Positions 27,501 through 36,843 of a DNA stretch of 64,000 bases are shown here, piece by piece. Position 1 is the first letter of the stretch; each line of letters opens with the position of its first letter. Both the position numbers and the translations under genes were made by a program. The notes below the pieces were generated by a model. That model saw only the letters and a list, made by a program, of their open reading frames with translations. It did no database searches and was not told the origin of the DNA. The stretch spans positions 19,716,001-19,780,000 of the forward strand of contig CATNEN010000039.1 in the NCBI GenBank assembly GCA_950097015.1. The letters run 5' to 3'. Source of the DNA: Macrostomum hystrix (lineage: Eukaryota; Animalia; Platyhelminthes).

Positions 27501-30500
27501 CCCATTGATATGATTCTCTGACACCCTAAAACTGTGACACCCAGAAACGCTGACACCCTTTTGACATTATCCTCTGACACATTTGACACGATCGTCTGAT
27601 ACCCAGGTCCTCTCATACCCTACTCATTCAGACTCTCTAGCCAATACACTGACATTCCGACTTACTTAATCCGCGGGCAGTAATACCGATGCTAATAGTT
27701 CAATAACCTACTCGCTAACTGCAGGTTCACAACCTGTCAAGTCTGCATCGAAGCGCCAATTCTCTGCACGGTCACATCCTTCTCTGTCAGCGCCTGGCTG
27801 TTGGCCTTTCCGGTCATCAGGATTTGTCAGTCATTCTATCCGTCATTGTAGACCTTCTGCTGGTTCTCATCACCTTCAAAAGCTGGTTCTTGGCGCGCGA
27901 ATGTCTTCGACTGTTGCGCCTGCTGATGAAGCGTCACGATCCAGGCGTCAGTCTCAACCTGCCGAACAGTCTTGCCCCGGCTGCCAAGGTCGCACCGCCA
28001 GATATCTTCTTTGACATGTTCGACCAGGAGCTGACTGAACTGTCCATGGAGCATCCGAACATATTCGAGAATGTCCGCTGGGATCCCGGCTATCTGTTCC
28101 AGTCACTGGCGGCCAGCTCTGAGGAGACAACTCAGCATTTCCTTACCCAGCAGGACCAGCTGAAGGAGCAGAGAATGAAGCTGGCTCTGTCTGGACGACG
28201 CGGTGTCACCGAGGACCAGCCGAAGGCCATCTGCTCGCCGCAGGATCTCATCGACTACGCCATCGGGCAGCCGCCGGAGCGATGCCTCACTAGCCAACTG
28301 GCTATACGCGTACTGGCTTTGCTAGTCACCTATAATCAGGGGTTCTTTGCTAACGGTTATCTCAAGGTCAGTACCTGAATTTTGAGAATTCTAGTTTCAG
28401 GGAAGCTTTCAGGGAAGTTCAGGGAAGCTCTCAGTTTTAGAATCCTGAAGTTCAGGGAAAGGCTTCAGTTTTGGAATCCTGAAGTTCAGGGTAAGGCTTC
28501 GGTTTTAGAATCCTGTAGTTCAGGGAAGTTTTCAGTTTTAGGATCCTGAAGTTCAGGGAAGTTTTCAGTGTTAGAATCCTTAAGTTCTTCCTTCGGTTTG
28601 GAACCCTGAAGTTCAGGGAAGGTTTCAGTTTTGGAATCCTGAAGTTCAGGGAAGCTTTGAGTTTTGGAATCCTGAAGTTCAGTGAAGTTTTCAGTTTTGG
28701 AATCCTGAAGTTCAGGGAAAGTTTGAGTTTTGGAATCCTGAAGTTCAGGGAAGCTTTGAGTTTTGGAATCCTGAAGTTCAGGGAAGGTTTGAGTTTTGGA
28801 ATCCTGAAGTTCAGGGAAGTTTTCAGTGTTAGAATCCTTAAGTTCTTCCTTCGGTTTGGAATCCTGAAGTTCAGGGAAGGTTTCAGTTTTGGAATCCTGA
28901 AGTTCAGGGAAGGTATCAGTTTTGGAATCCTGAAGTTCAGGGAAAGTTTGAGTTTTGGAATCCTGAAGTTCAGGGAAGCTTTGAGTTTTGGAATCCTGAA
29001 GTTCAGGGAAGGTTTGAGTTTTGGAATCCTGAAGTTCAGGGAAGTTTTCAGTGTTGGAATCCTTAAGTTCTTCCTTCGGTTTGGAATCCTGAAGTTCAGG
29101 GAAGGTTTCAGTTTTGGAATCCTGAAGTTCAGGGAAGGTTTCAGTTTTGGAATCCTGAAGTTCAGGGAAAGTTTGAGTTTTGGAATCCTGAAGTTCAGGG
29201 AAGCTTTGAGTTTTGGAATCCTGAAGTTCAGGGAAGTTTTCAGTGTTAGAATCCTTAAGTTCTTCCTTCGGTTTGGAATCCTGAAGTTCAGGGAAGGTTT
29301 CAGTTTTGGAATCCTGAAGTTCAGGGAAGGTATCAGTTTTGGAATCCTGAAGTTCAGGGAAGGTTTCAGTTTTGGAATCCTGAAGTTCAGGGAAGGTTTC
29401 AGTTTTGGAATCCTGAAGTTCAGGGAAGGTTTCAGTTTTGGAATCCTGAAGTTCAGGGAAGGTTTCAGTTTTGGAATCCTGAAGTTCAGGGAAGGTTTCA
29501 GTTTTGGAATCCTGAAGTTCAGGGAAGTTTTCAGTTTTTTAGGTCCTGAAGTTCCTGAAAAGTAAGATCATAAACAACAAGCAGCGTCGCATTCTGTATC
29601 TCCGCCTCAGTGTCGGTCTGTCAAACAGACCCGCTTTGTGACCTCTGGCGGTCGAACGAATGCTAGATCAACTTTTCTTATCTGCTTCTGATAGAAGGGC
29701 CAAGCACAAATCGTTGGTCAGTTGGTTTATCTTTATCTTAGAAATCAGTGCCAATAGACCTGGTGTTGCTTGGTGCAGTATGTTTCACATGTACTATTTT
29801 GAATATTTTTAAAATAGCGTAGCTTTTATTTTTAGAGATCCCAAAGTTCAGGAAAGATTCAGGTTTGTTGATCCCGTAGTTACTGAGGTTCAGTGAAAGA
29901 TAAAGTCTAGGGATCCTAAAAGTTCAGTGAAATATAAAGCTTGGCGATCCTGAGGTTCAGGGGAGGATAAAGCTTGGCGATCCTGAGGTTCAGGGGAGGA
30001 TAAAGCTTGGCGATCCTGAAGTTCAAGGGAAGATAAAGCTTGGCGATCCTGAAGTTCAGGGGAAGATAAAGCTTGGCGATCCTGAAGTTCAGGGGAAGAT
30101 AAAGCTTGGCGATCCTGAAGTTCAGGGGAAGATAAAGCTTGGCGATCCTGAAAGTTCAGGGGAAGATAAAGCTTGGCGATCCTGAAGTTCAGGGGAAGAT
30201 AAAGCTTGGTGAAAAATTTTTAATTCTGCAACTGATAGCCAATAAACCAATTTATTCTTGTCTTCAATTACCTAACAACGTAATATACCTGTCAATAACA
30301 CCTGTCAGGAGTACCTCGCCTTCATCAGTGAGCAGCTGCGCGAACTGCCGTCCGACTGTCCCAGCGAGAGGTTCTCCTCTTTAATCCTGCTGCAGAGTCA
30401 CCTAGTCAATACTCTATTCGACGAAGCCGCCTGTCAAGACCTGCTAGGCTATCTGGGACGATTCTCCGACTATGCCATCAGCGAAGACCTTCGCCTGTCG

Positions 30501-33412
30501 GCTGCCAACGCCTTGCTAATCCTAGTCAGCGGCCGGCTTTGGGCCCAGAGTCGCGCCCACAGCGAAGACGAACGAGTTCGCGAGATCCTATTCCGCATGC
30601 TATTCGACGAATCCACCTCGGTCCGTGTCCTGGCCTGCTCCATTGTGTACCGATGCGGCTGGCTCCCAGCTTTGTCGCATCATCGAATCTCCGGCCTGGC
30701 CCTGACCCATCCGATTGTTGCTAGGCCGGCTGGCACCGAGTTGTACTCTGGCACCGACTGCGATTGGCTAGTGCGCACCCTGGCCGGCCTTGTTAGCCAA
30801 TTGTCTGCGGCCTGTCAGCTCAGACTGCGCGAGTGTCACCAGCAGACTATGTACCAGCGAGAGGAGGCGAATATCTTTGTTGAATGGCGCTACCTGATTG
30901 AATTGTGCTTCTATAAGTTGTATTTATCGGCCTCGGTAAGTCCAGCAGTTTTGTAAACATGCGAGTCAATTATTAGACAAACTTGAACCAACTAATTAAC
31001 ACGAAAACAAACTAACTTGATAACGGTGACTGCGTTTAACGCAAAAAACTGGCGATTAAATTAGCCTAATTATACTAAATTTGATGACTATTAAGCTAAT
31101 TATTTTTTGTCAAGTTTACGGAATAAACAAGTGCTCAAGTCAACAAACTAAACTAGTTCTCATGTTAATAACTTAATAAAATAAACTAATTATGTTAATT
31201 TAGCGAAATAAACTAGTGCTTTTAAGTTAACGAAATATACTAAATGCTCATGTCAACGAAATAAACTAGTGCTCAAGTCATCGAAATAAACTAATACTCA
31301 AGTCAACGAAATAAACTAGTGCTTAAGTCAACGAAATAAACTAGTGCTCAAGTCATCGAAATAAACTAGTGCTCAAGTCATCGAAATAAACTAGTGCTCA
31401 AGTCAACGAAATAAACTAGAGCTCAAGTCATCGAAATAAACTAATACCGAAGTCAACGAAATAAACTAGAGCTCAAGTCATCGAAATAAACTAGTGCTTA
31501 AGTCATCGAAATAAACTAGTGCTCAAGTCATCGAAATAAACTGGAGCTCAAGTCAACGAAATAAACTAGAGCTCAAGTCATCGAAATAAACTAGTGCTCA
31601 AGTCATCGAAATAAACTAGTGCTCAAGTCATCGAAATAAACTAGTGCTCAAGTCAAAGAAATAAACTAGTGCTTTTAAGTTAACGAAATATACTAAATGC
31701 TCATGTCAACGAAATAAACTAGTGCTCAAGTCATCGAAATAAACTAATACTCAAGTCAACGAAATAAACTAGTGCTTAAGTCAACGAAATAAACTAGTGC
31801 TCAAGTCATCGAAATAAACTAGTGCTCAAGTCATCGAAATAAACTAGTGCTCAAGTCAACGAAATAAACTAGTGCTCAAGTCATCGAAATAAACTAGTGC
31901 TCAAGTCAACGAAATAAACGAGTGCTCAAGTCAACGAAATAAACTTGTGCTCAAGTCATCGAAATAAACTAGTGCTCAAGTCAACGAAATAAACGAGTGC
32001 TCAAGTCAACGAAATAAACTAGTGCTCAAGTCAACGAAATAAACGAGTGCTCAAGTCAACGAAATAAACGAGTGCTCAAGTCAACGAAATAAACTTGTGC
32101 TCAAGTCAACGAAATAAACTAGTGCTCAAGTCAACGAAAAGAATTAGTACTCAAGTCAACGAAATAAACGAGTGCTCAAGTCAACGAAATAAACTTGTGC
32201 TCAAGTCAACGAAATAAACTAGTGCTCAAGTCAACGAAAAGAATTAGTACTCAAGTCAACGAAATAAACGAATGCTCACGTTAACGAACTAAACTAGTGC
32301 TCATGTTAACAAAATAAACTAGTGCTCAAAGCAACAAAGGAGGTAGTTCTTCAGTTAGTTCAAGATAGACTTGTGCTTAACTAAACTTACAAACTAGTGC
32401 TTAATTTTAAGAGATAAACTAGCTTGTGTAGAATTTATATTACGAGTAAATCAACTAGTGCCTGATTAAAGGAAATATTTCGATGAACCGATTCTTTAAC
32501 GAAATAAGCTTGTGCTCAAGCTTAAGGGAAATAGGTTTGCGATCAAAATGCATCAATAAATCAAGCCTGCATTCTGTATCTCTGCTTCTGTGCTTTAAGC
32601 CAATTTTGGCTTCAGTAGCCACTAGCGGTCGAAAGAATGCTAAATCAATTGATCCGATTGATCTATGCACAAATCGTTGGTTGTTAGGCTTGGCTTTTAA
32701 GTTTGTTAATCGCCTAATTGACCTGGAGTTGTATAGAACATTTCATAATTAATTGCTTACAAAAGCATTCTGTATCTCCGCCTCTGAGTTATGCAGGTAG
32801 TTACTTTGGGCGGTCGAAAGAATGCCAGATTATCGTAACTGGTGTACTTTTACGGTGCATCTTGACTAAACACAAATCGTTGGTCCGTTGGTCTAGCTAA
32901 TATTGCCTTACTAATTGACCTGGAGCTGTTTAGCACATTATCCATAACTTTTTTGTTCATTCTAATCCCATTCTCACGAATCCCTTGTCTTCAATTCAAA
33001 TTCCATTTTCTAAAATCCCCAGTTCCCCATCTAAATTCCAGACTCCTTAATCCCCTGATCCCACAATTCGCCCATCAAAATCCTATTTTCTAAAATCCCT
33101 ATTTACCTCGCTTGATTTCTTACCCCTGTCCGATTAATCTTATTTGGTCGAATATATTCGATTAAAATTCCCATCCGCTTTTATCCCCCCTGCCAGAGTC
33201 TGGACGCTCAGGAACGAGCCCGCATTGGCGAATCCCTAGCCAGCATCCGGGTAGATCTGACCAACGCGTCCACCTCCGGAGACTCGCCCGACGCCGCCTG
33301 GCCATCCAGCCTCGTGGACTCGGCCGTGTTGGAACATTCGGCTCCGTTTCACGCCATGAAGTATGCTGGCCGAGTCTGCGACCTACTAATCAGTCAGCTG
33401 CGTCTGAATTGA
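19949..33412 (+). CDS. THADA: THADA/Trm732-like ARM-repeat protein (~1694 aa); exons 19949-19990, 20081-20224, 20317-20419, 21050-21975, 22898-23449, 24163-24885, 25278-25880, 26258-26764, 27725-28366, 30309-30935, 33197-33412
   Basis: DUF2428 motifs RHRGTIE, SVTRRSAGLP, VHALNLLR and WAVRNACVQLLGALSQRMLG. All junctions are GT-AG and phase-consistent; the first three exons are less certain. Confidence 0.88.
20610..20962 (-). mobile_element. SINE family B, near full length, THADA intron 3
   Basis: A box GGTGGCAGAGCGG, B box AAGTTCGATTCC, and a simple AT-rich tail. Confidence 0.85.
22075..22832. repeat. Compound minisatellite built on GGTCATTA/GATCATAA 8-mers (THADA intron 4)
   Basis: Directly visible. 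Confidence 0.93.
23505..23850 (-). mobile_element. SINE family B, near full length, THADA intron 5
   Basis: Highly similar to 20610-20962. Confidence 0.85.
23895..24120. repeat. 19-20-bp minisatellite (TGAAGGATCAGGGACTCAC)
   Basis: Directly visible, about 11 units. Confidence 0.9.
24898..25237. repeat. 19-bp minisatellite (CCTGAAGTCATTCACTGTA) filling THADA intron 6
   Basis: Directly visible, about 18 units. Confidence 0.96.
25928..26242 (+). mobile_element. SINE family B, diverged, THADA intron 7
   Basis: AGTGGCACAGTGGTCTAGACGCG...AGCTCGATTCCGCGGCAAGGCCACAT...CTCGCTGGCTGCGGGTCTA. Confidence 0.75.
26808..27620. repeat. Degenerate ~17-bp minisatellite (CTGACACCCCTAATTAT), interrupted by a solo LTR
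   Basis: CTGACACCC cores recur on both sides of 27141-27349. Confidence 0.8.
27141..27349. mobile_element. Solo LTR (209 bp)
   Basis: Termini TGTA...TACA, 5-bp TSD CATAT on both sides (27136-27140 and 27350-27354), and internal CCAAT and ATTAAA. Confidence 0.8.
28395..29550. repeat. 33-bp minisatellite with palindromic core CCTGAAGTTCAGG
   Basis: Unit TTTTGGAATCCTGAAGTTCAGGGAAGGTTTCAG with recurring variant blocks. Confidence 0.96.
29589..29780 (+). ncRNA. Box H/ACA snoRNA, SNORA8/snR31-like, paralog 1 (terminal box reads GCA)
   Basis: Hairpin GCATTC/GAATGC with pocket TGTATCT|TCG; H box AGATCA; second hairpin CCAAGCA/TGCTTGG with pocket ATCGTT|TGGT. Confidence 0.75.
29925..30210. repeat. 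33-bp minisatellite (GGCGATCCTGAAGTTCAGGGGAAGATAAAGCTT), related to 28395-29550
   Basis: Directly visible, about 8 units. Confidence 0.92.
31120..32330. repeat. 25-bp minisatellite (GAAATAAACTAGTGCTCAAGTCAAC) in THADA intron 10
   Basis: Directly visible, more than 40 units. Confidence 0.96.
32569..32743 (+). ncRNA. Box H/ACA snoRNA, SNORA8/snR31-like, paralog 2
   Basis: Same pockets as paralog 1; H box AAATCA; lower stem CTATGCA/TGTATAG; ACA at 32738-32740, 14 nt after the upper stem. Confidence 0.85.
32765..32940 (+). ncRNA. Box H/ACA snoRNA, SNORA8/snR31-like, paralog 3
   Basis: Same pockets as paralog 1; H box AGATTA; lower stem CTAAACA/TGTTTAG; ACA at 32935-32937, 14 nt after the upper stem. 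Confidence 0.85.
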
Positions 33413-34444
33413 TTGTTAAAATAAACTGCGAACTCGACGCTGATTGGTTGAGATAACGCTATCCAATCATATTATGTTAGCCCACGGCTTTGCAATGCCA
33501 GCCAATCAGCGCGTTACTAATTTATTTTTTACTAAATTTCGTCGTGCTTTTTGTGTGATTTTTTCATTGCAAACGTAACTTCTAATCTGTTTGATTAAAC
33601 GTATCTTACTCGTGCTTATTATTCTGTTGTCTTGTCTGTCAGCCTCATGAAGACTCACACATGCAATACCAATTACATATTATTATATAGTTTACTACTA
33701 AAGGTAGTAGTAGTAAACTGTCCTTACCACTAGTACGAGTAATTAACTTTCTTCATTTCCTGCTCTCATGCGCTTGTTTTGACCACTCATAATTAAAACA
33801 TTTCGTAATAAGCCCGTAGTTACCTTTCACCAGAACTGCGTGTATAACTATGCCGGCATCTTTTCTCGCTTCTTAACAACTTTGCTTTCATCATTGTTTG
33901 CTTGCCTTGGTTTTCTGCTTCTTTTTGTTTATCACTTTCTTCTGCTTCTAATAAATTGCAACTCTTGGATCTATGCTTATGAAATTGCATACTAAATATG
34001 ATAAACAGTTTATGAGTAGAATTATTACTTCAAGTATAATATATAAATTCTAATGGTTTTCATTGAAATTTACGACATGATTTCGCTTGTCGTTTTTGGT
34101 ATTAGCGTTTAAGGTTTATCAAGAGTGGACAGATAAGTGTGGATAACACTAAATAAAATTCATTCCTATTGGTTTTCATGTCACTTAATTATCGGGCCTA
34201 AACCGAGCTCTATCAAATCGTGGATCCGATTGATAAATATCGCGCTTATATACATTTGCTTTTCTTATTTTCATTCGCAAAGGTAAATGCAAAAAATAAT
34301 GTGTAAAACTCAAGTTTTTAATGACTACAGACAACTATATACAGAAAGCTAAATATACATACAGACAACTAAATAGTAGAAAACTAGCAGGCTTACTTCG
34401 ATGTAACTGTGTATTAAAAAATAATCATAATTTGATAATAATTG

Positions 34445-34670
34445 ATTACACCTGCCCCAATTGGGTCAGATATGAAGCTGACAGCACAGCCGCAGCTAAT
34501 GCGCGGCGCATCTGAAGGCTGTGTTCAGTCCATGGACTGAGAGGACGCCACACCCACCTTCAATTATCCCAGCTGATGCTGGTACCCATTTAACAGCTGG
34601 GTGAACTGAAGCAATGCACAAATTGTTCCAGAGGAGTCGGAAATCGAACCCCCGACCTTCAAGTCGTCAA
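34445..34670 (-). mobile_element. SINE family A copy
   Basis: Colinear with 1-210 (GGCGCATCTGAAGGCTG...GGTACCCA...GAACCCCCGACCTTCAAGTCGT). Confidence 0.8.
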
Positions 34671-35381
34671 GGACTTGACTTGAGAAGTGGTCCTTGAGAA
34701 AAAAACTTGAGAAGAAAAAGGATGGGACACTTAGTTCCCATTGTACTTGTTTACCTGTTGTGGTTAGTGTGGTTACTTACGTGTTTCCGGATGCTTTTTT
34801 ATTAAAACAAACTTCGATAAGCAGCTTATCGTTGATTTGATTTGATCAAAAATTGGCCTAATTTTTAAGTTATTTTAGACAGTCTATATCATTTGAATAC
34901 CCCTGTGAAATAGCTTATGCCAAAAAACTTTACTCAACTTGATTTCTGCGTTCAGGAAGTTATTTTAAATATATGAGCATATAATGCATATCCAACTTGA
35001 CAAATAAAATGTTACGTTGTTTATTTCCCTCCATTTGTCAGAATTTTCCCAAATCGCAAAAACTACACGTAAGGACGTTTATAGGAAAACTGTTGTCCTA
35101 GCATTAACAACCACGATCTAAACTGAAACCTATTATCTTCATTATATAATTTTATATTTCTACAAAAGAAGCTATTGAAGTAGAATTAGCTCACTTCAGA
35201 TTATTTATATCTGTTCGAAATTTATTTATCAGAAAATGGCGGATAGGTCACGCTAAGTATGCAAGAACTATTATAATTTTATATTGTCCATTGGATATAT
35301 GATGTGGCTCTAATAAATATATATATATAAGCTGCAATAAAATGTCATTTCTTTTTTGGCTTCTTTAGCTACTTAAAGGCT

Positions 35382-36501
35382 TGGCAATCTTGCAGTTTCA
35401 CACGTTTAATTATTTTTTATTTTAAATCGTTTCAGATGGCAACATAATGAAACACAACATAACAAAATGCAACAGGAGACAACAAGAGACAGTCAGACAC
35501 ATGCTAGAAACCTCAGAGTCTGCACCAATTACACGGGGTAGTAGTGAGCCACCCAGAATAGAAGATTCCCAAAGATCTTCCACGGGAAGCACCGGCGCCA
35601 TAGAAACTTTTCTAGGTGTGTCTCGAATAGCGCCTTTGATGTTCCATGCATAGACCACAGTCTGGCCTTGACATGGGCCCATGTGCCTTCAGTCCCAGGT
35701 CATTTCGGTGACATTCATTTTGGTGGCAGAATTGGTCAGTTCGGTGACAACTATTTTTGCACCTAAATATGCTGAGAAAACAGCCTTCCACGATCCAGCA
35801 GCTGCTTAAAGCCTGCACTCGCCTTGTCAATCCAAAACGTGAAAAATGATTATTATAGGCCTACACATTTAATTAGTGAACAAATAACTATTGAAACTAT
35901 TGACTACTCATTTAATAATTTAACTCATTTAAAGTAAAACCCAGACTTAATTAGAGCGATGCAGCTTCTTATTAATACTTACAGTATTATTTAATTAATA
36001 TTTTATAAGTGTGCATAGTTAAAATGGAAGGTAGTTTTTTAGCATATTTAGGTGCAAAAATTGTTGTCTCCAATCTGACTTATTGTGTCACTGAAATGAC
36101 TTGAGTTGTCATTCCAATGGGATTGGGATTCGCCAATGCGGGCTCGTTCCTGAGCGTCCAGACTCTGGCAGGGGGGGGATAAAAGCGGATGGGAATTTTA
36201 ATCGAATATATTCGGCCAAATAAGATTAATCGGACTGGGGTAAGAAATCAAGCGAGGTAAATGGGGATTTTAGAAAATAGGATTTTGATGGGCGAATTGT
36301 GGGATCAGGGGATTAAGGAGTCTGGAATTTAGATGGGGAACTGGGGATTTTAGAAAATGACTTGAGTTGAGTTGGGACCATGCCTTCAATGGTGTATACA
36401 TATACAATAGACACTATCTGCCACGTCAAATGAAGTGTAACACATTCTGGCACCATTTCAAAAATAAAAATAATTAAACGTGCAAAACTGCAAGATTGCC
36501 A
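35382..36501. mobile_element. Putative non-autonomous TIR/foldback element with nested inverted repeats
   Basis: ~40-bp imperfect TIR TGGCAATCTTGCAGTTTCACACGTTTAATTATTTTTTATTT vs AAAATAAAAATAATTAAACGTGCAAAACTGCAAGATTGCCA; inner inverted pair at ~35700-35780 and ~36035-36100; no clear TSD. Confidence 0.55.
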
Positions 36502-36843
36502 TTTTAATCCTAGAATAGAGAATATCCTGCTTGCTGCAAAAAGTCAATTTTTAGCTAGCTGCAACATATTTTTGTCAACTTTTGTGTATACTGTTATTGT
36601 TTGTACAATACAAAATAGGCCTAGTACATACACAAGTCAACCAAAATAGCAAAAATGCAAAGCAAATTGCCAATGATTATAGTTTATACAATTGTTACAA
36701 ATATTATTGAAGGCATTATATAACATAACTTTGCCAATAATGGTCTAATTAATAGTATTTTTTGTAAATATATAATACACAAAATTGTAATATTTGTATT
36801 TAGTTTTAGAACGACTAGATATTGCAATTTAAATTTGAAAATG

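Noticed and set aside
28657-29565. 302-aa repetitive ORF (also 19229-19762 and 16997-17233)
   Set aside because: By-products of 33-, 45- and 27-bp minisatellites whose unit length is a multiple of three; they lie in introns or intergenic DNA.
29611-29716. Extra THADA exon
   Set aside because: Exon 28366 joins 30309 in phase without it, and the segment is better explained as a snoRNA.
34045-34260. Another H/ACA snoRNA
   Set aside because: Some stems and a terminal ACA, but no convincing H box spacing, pocket target or paralog.
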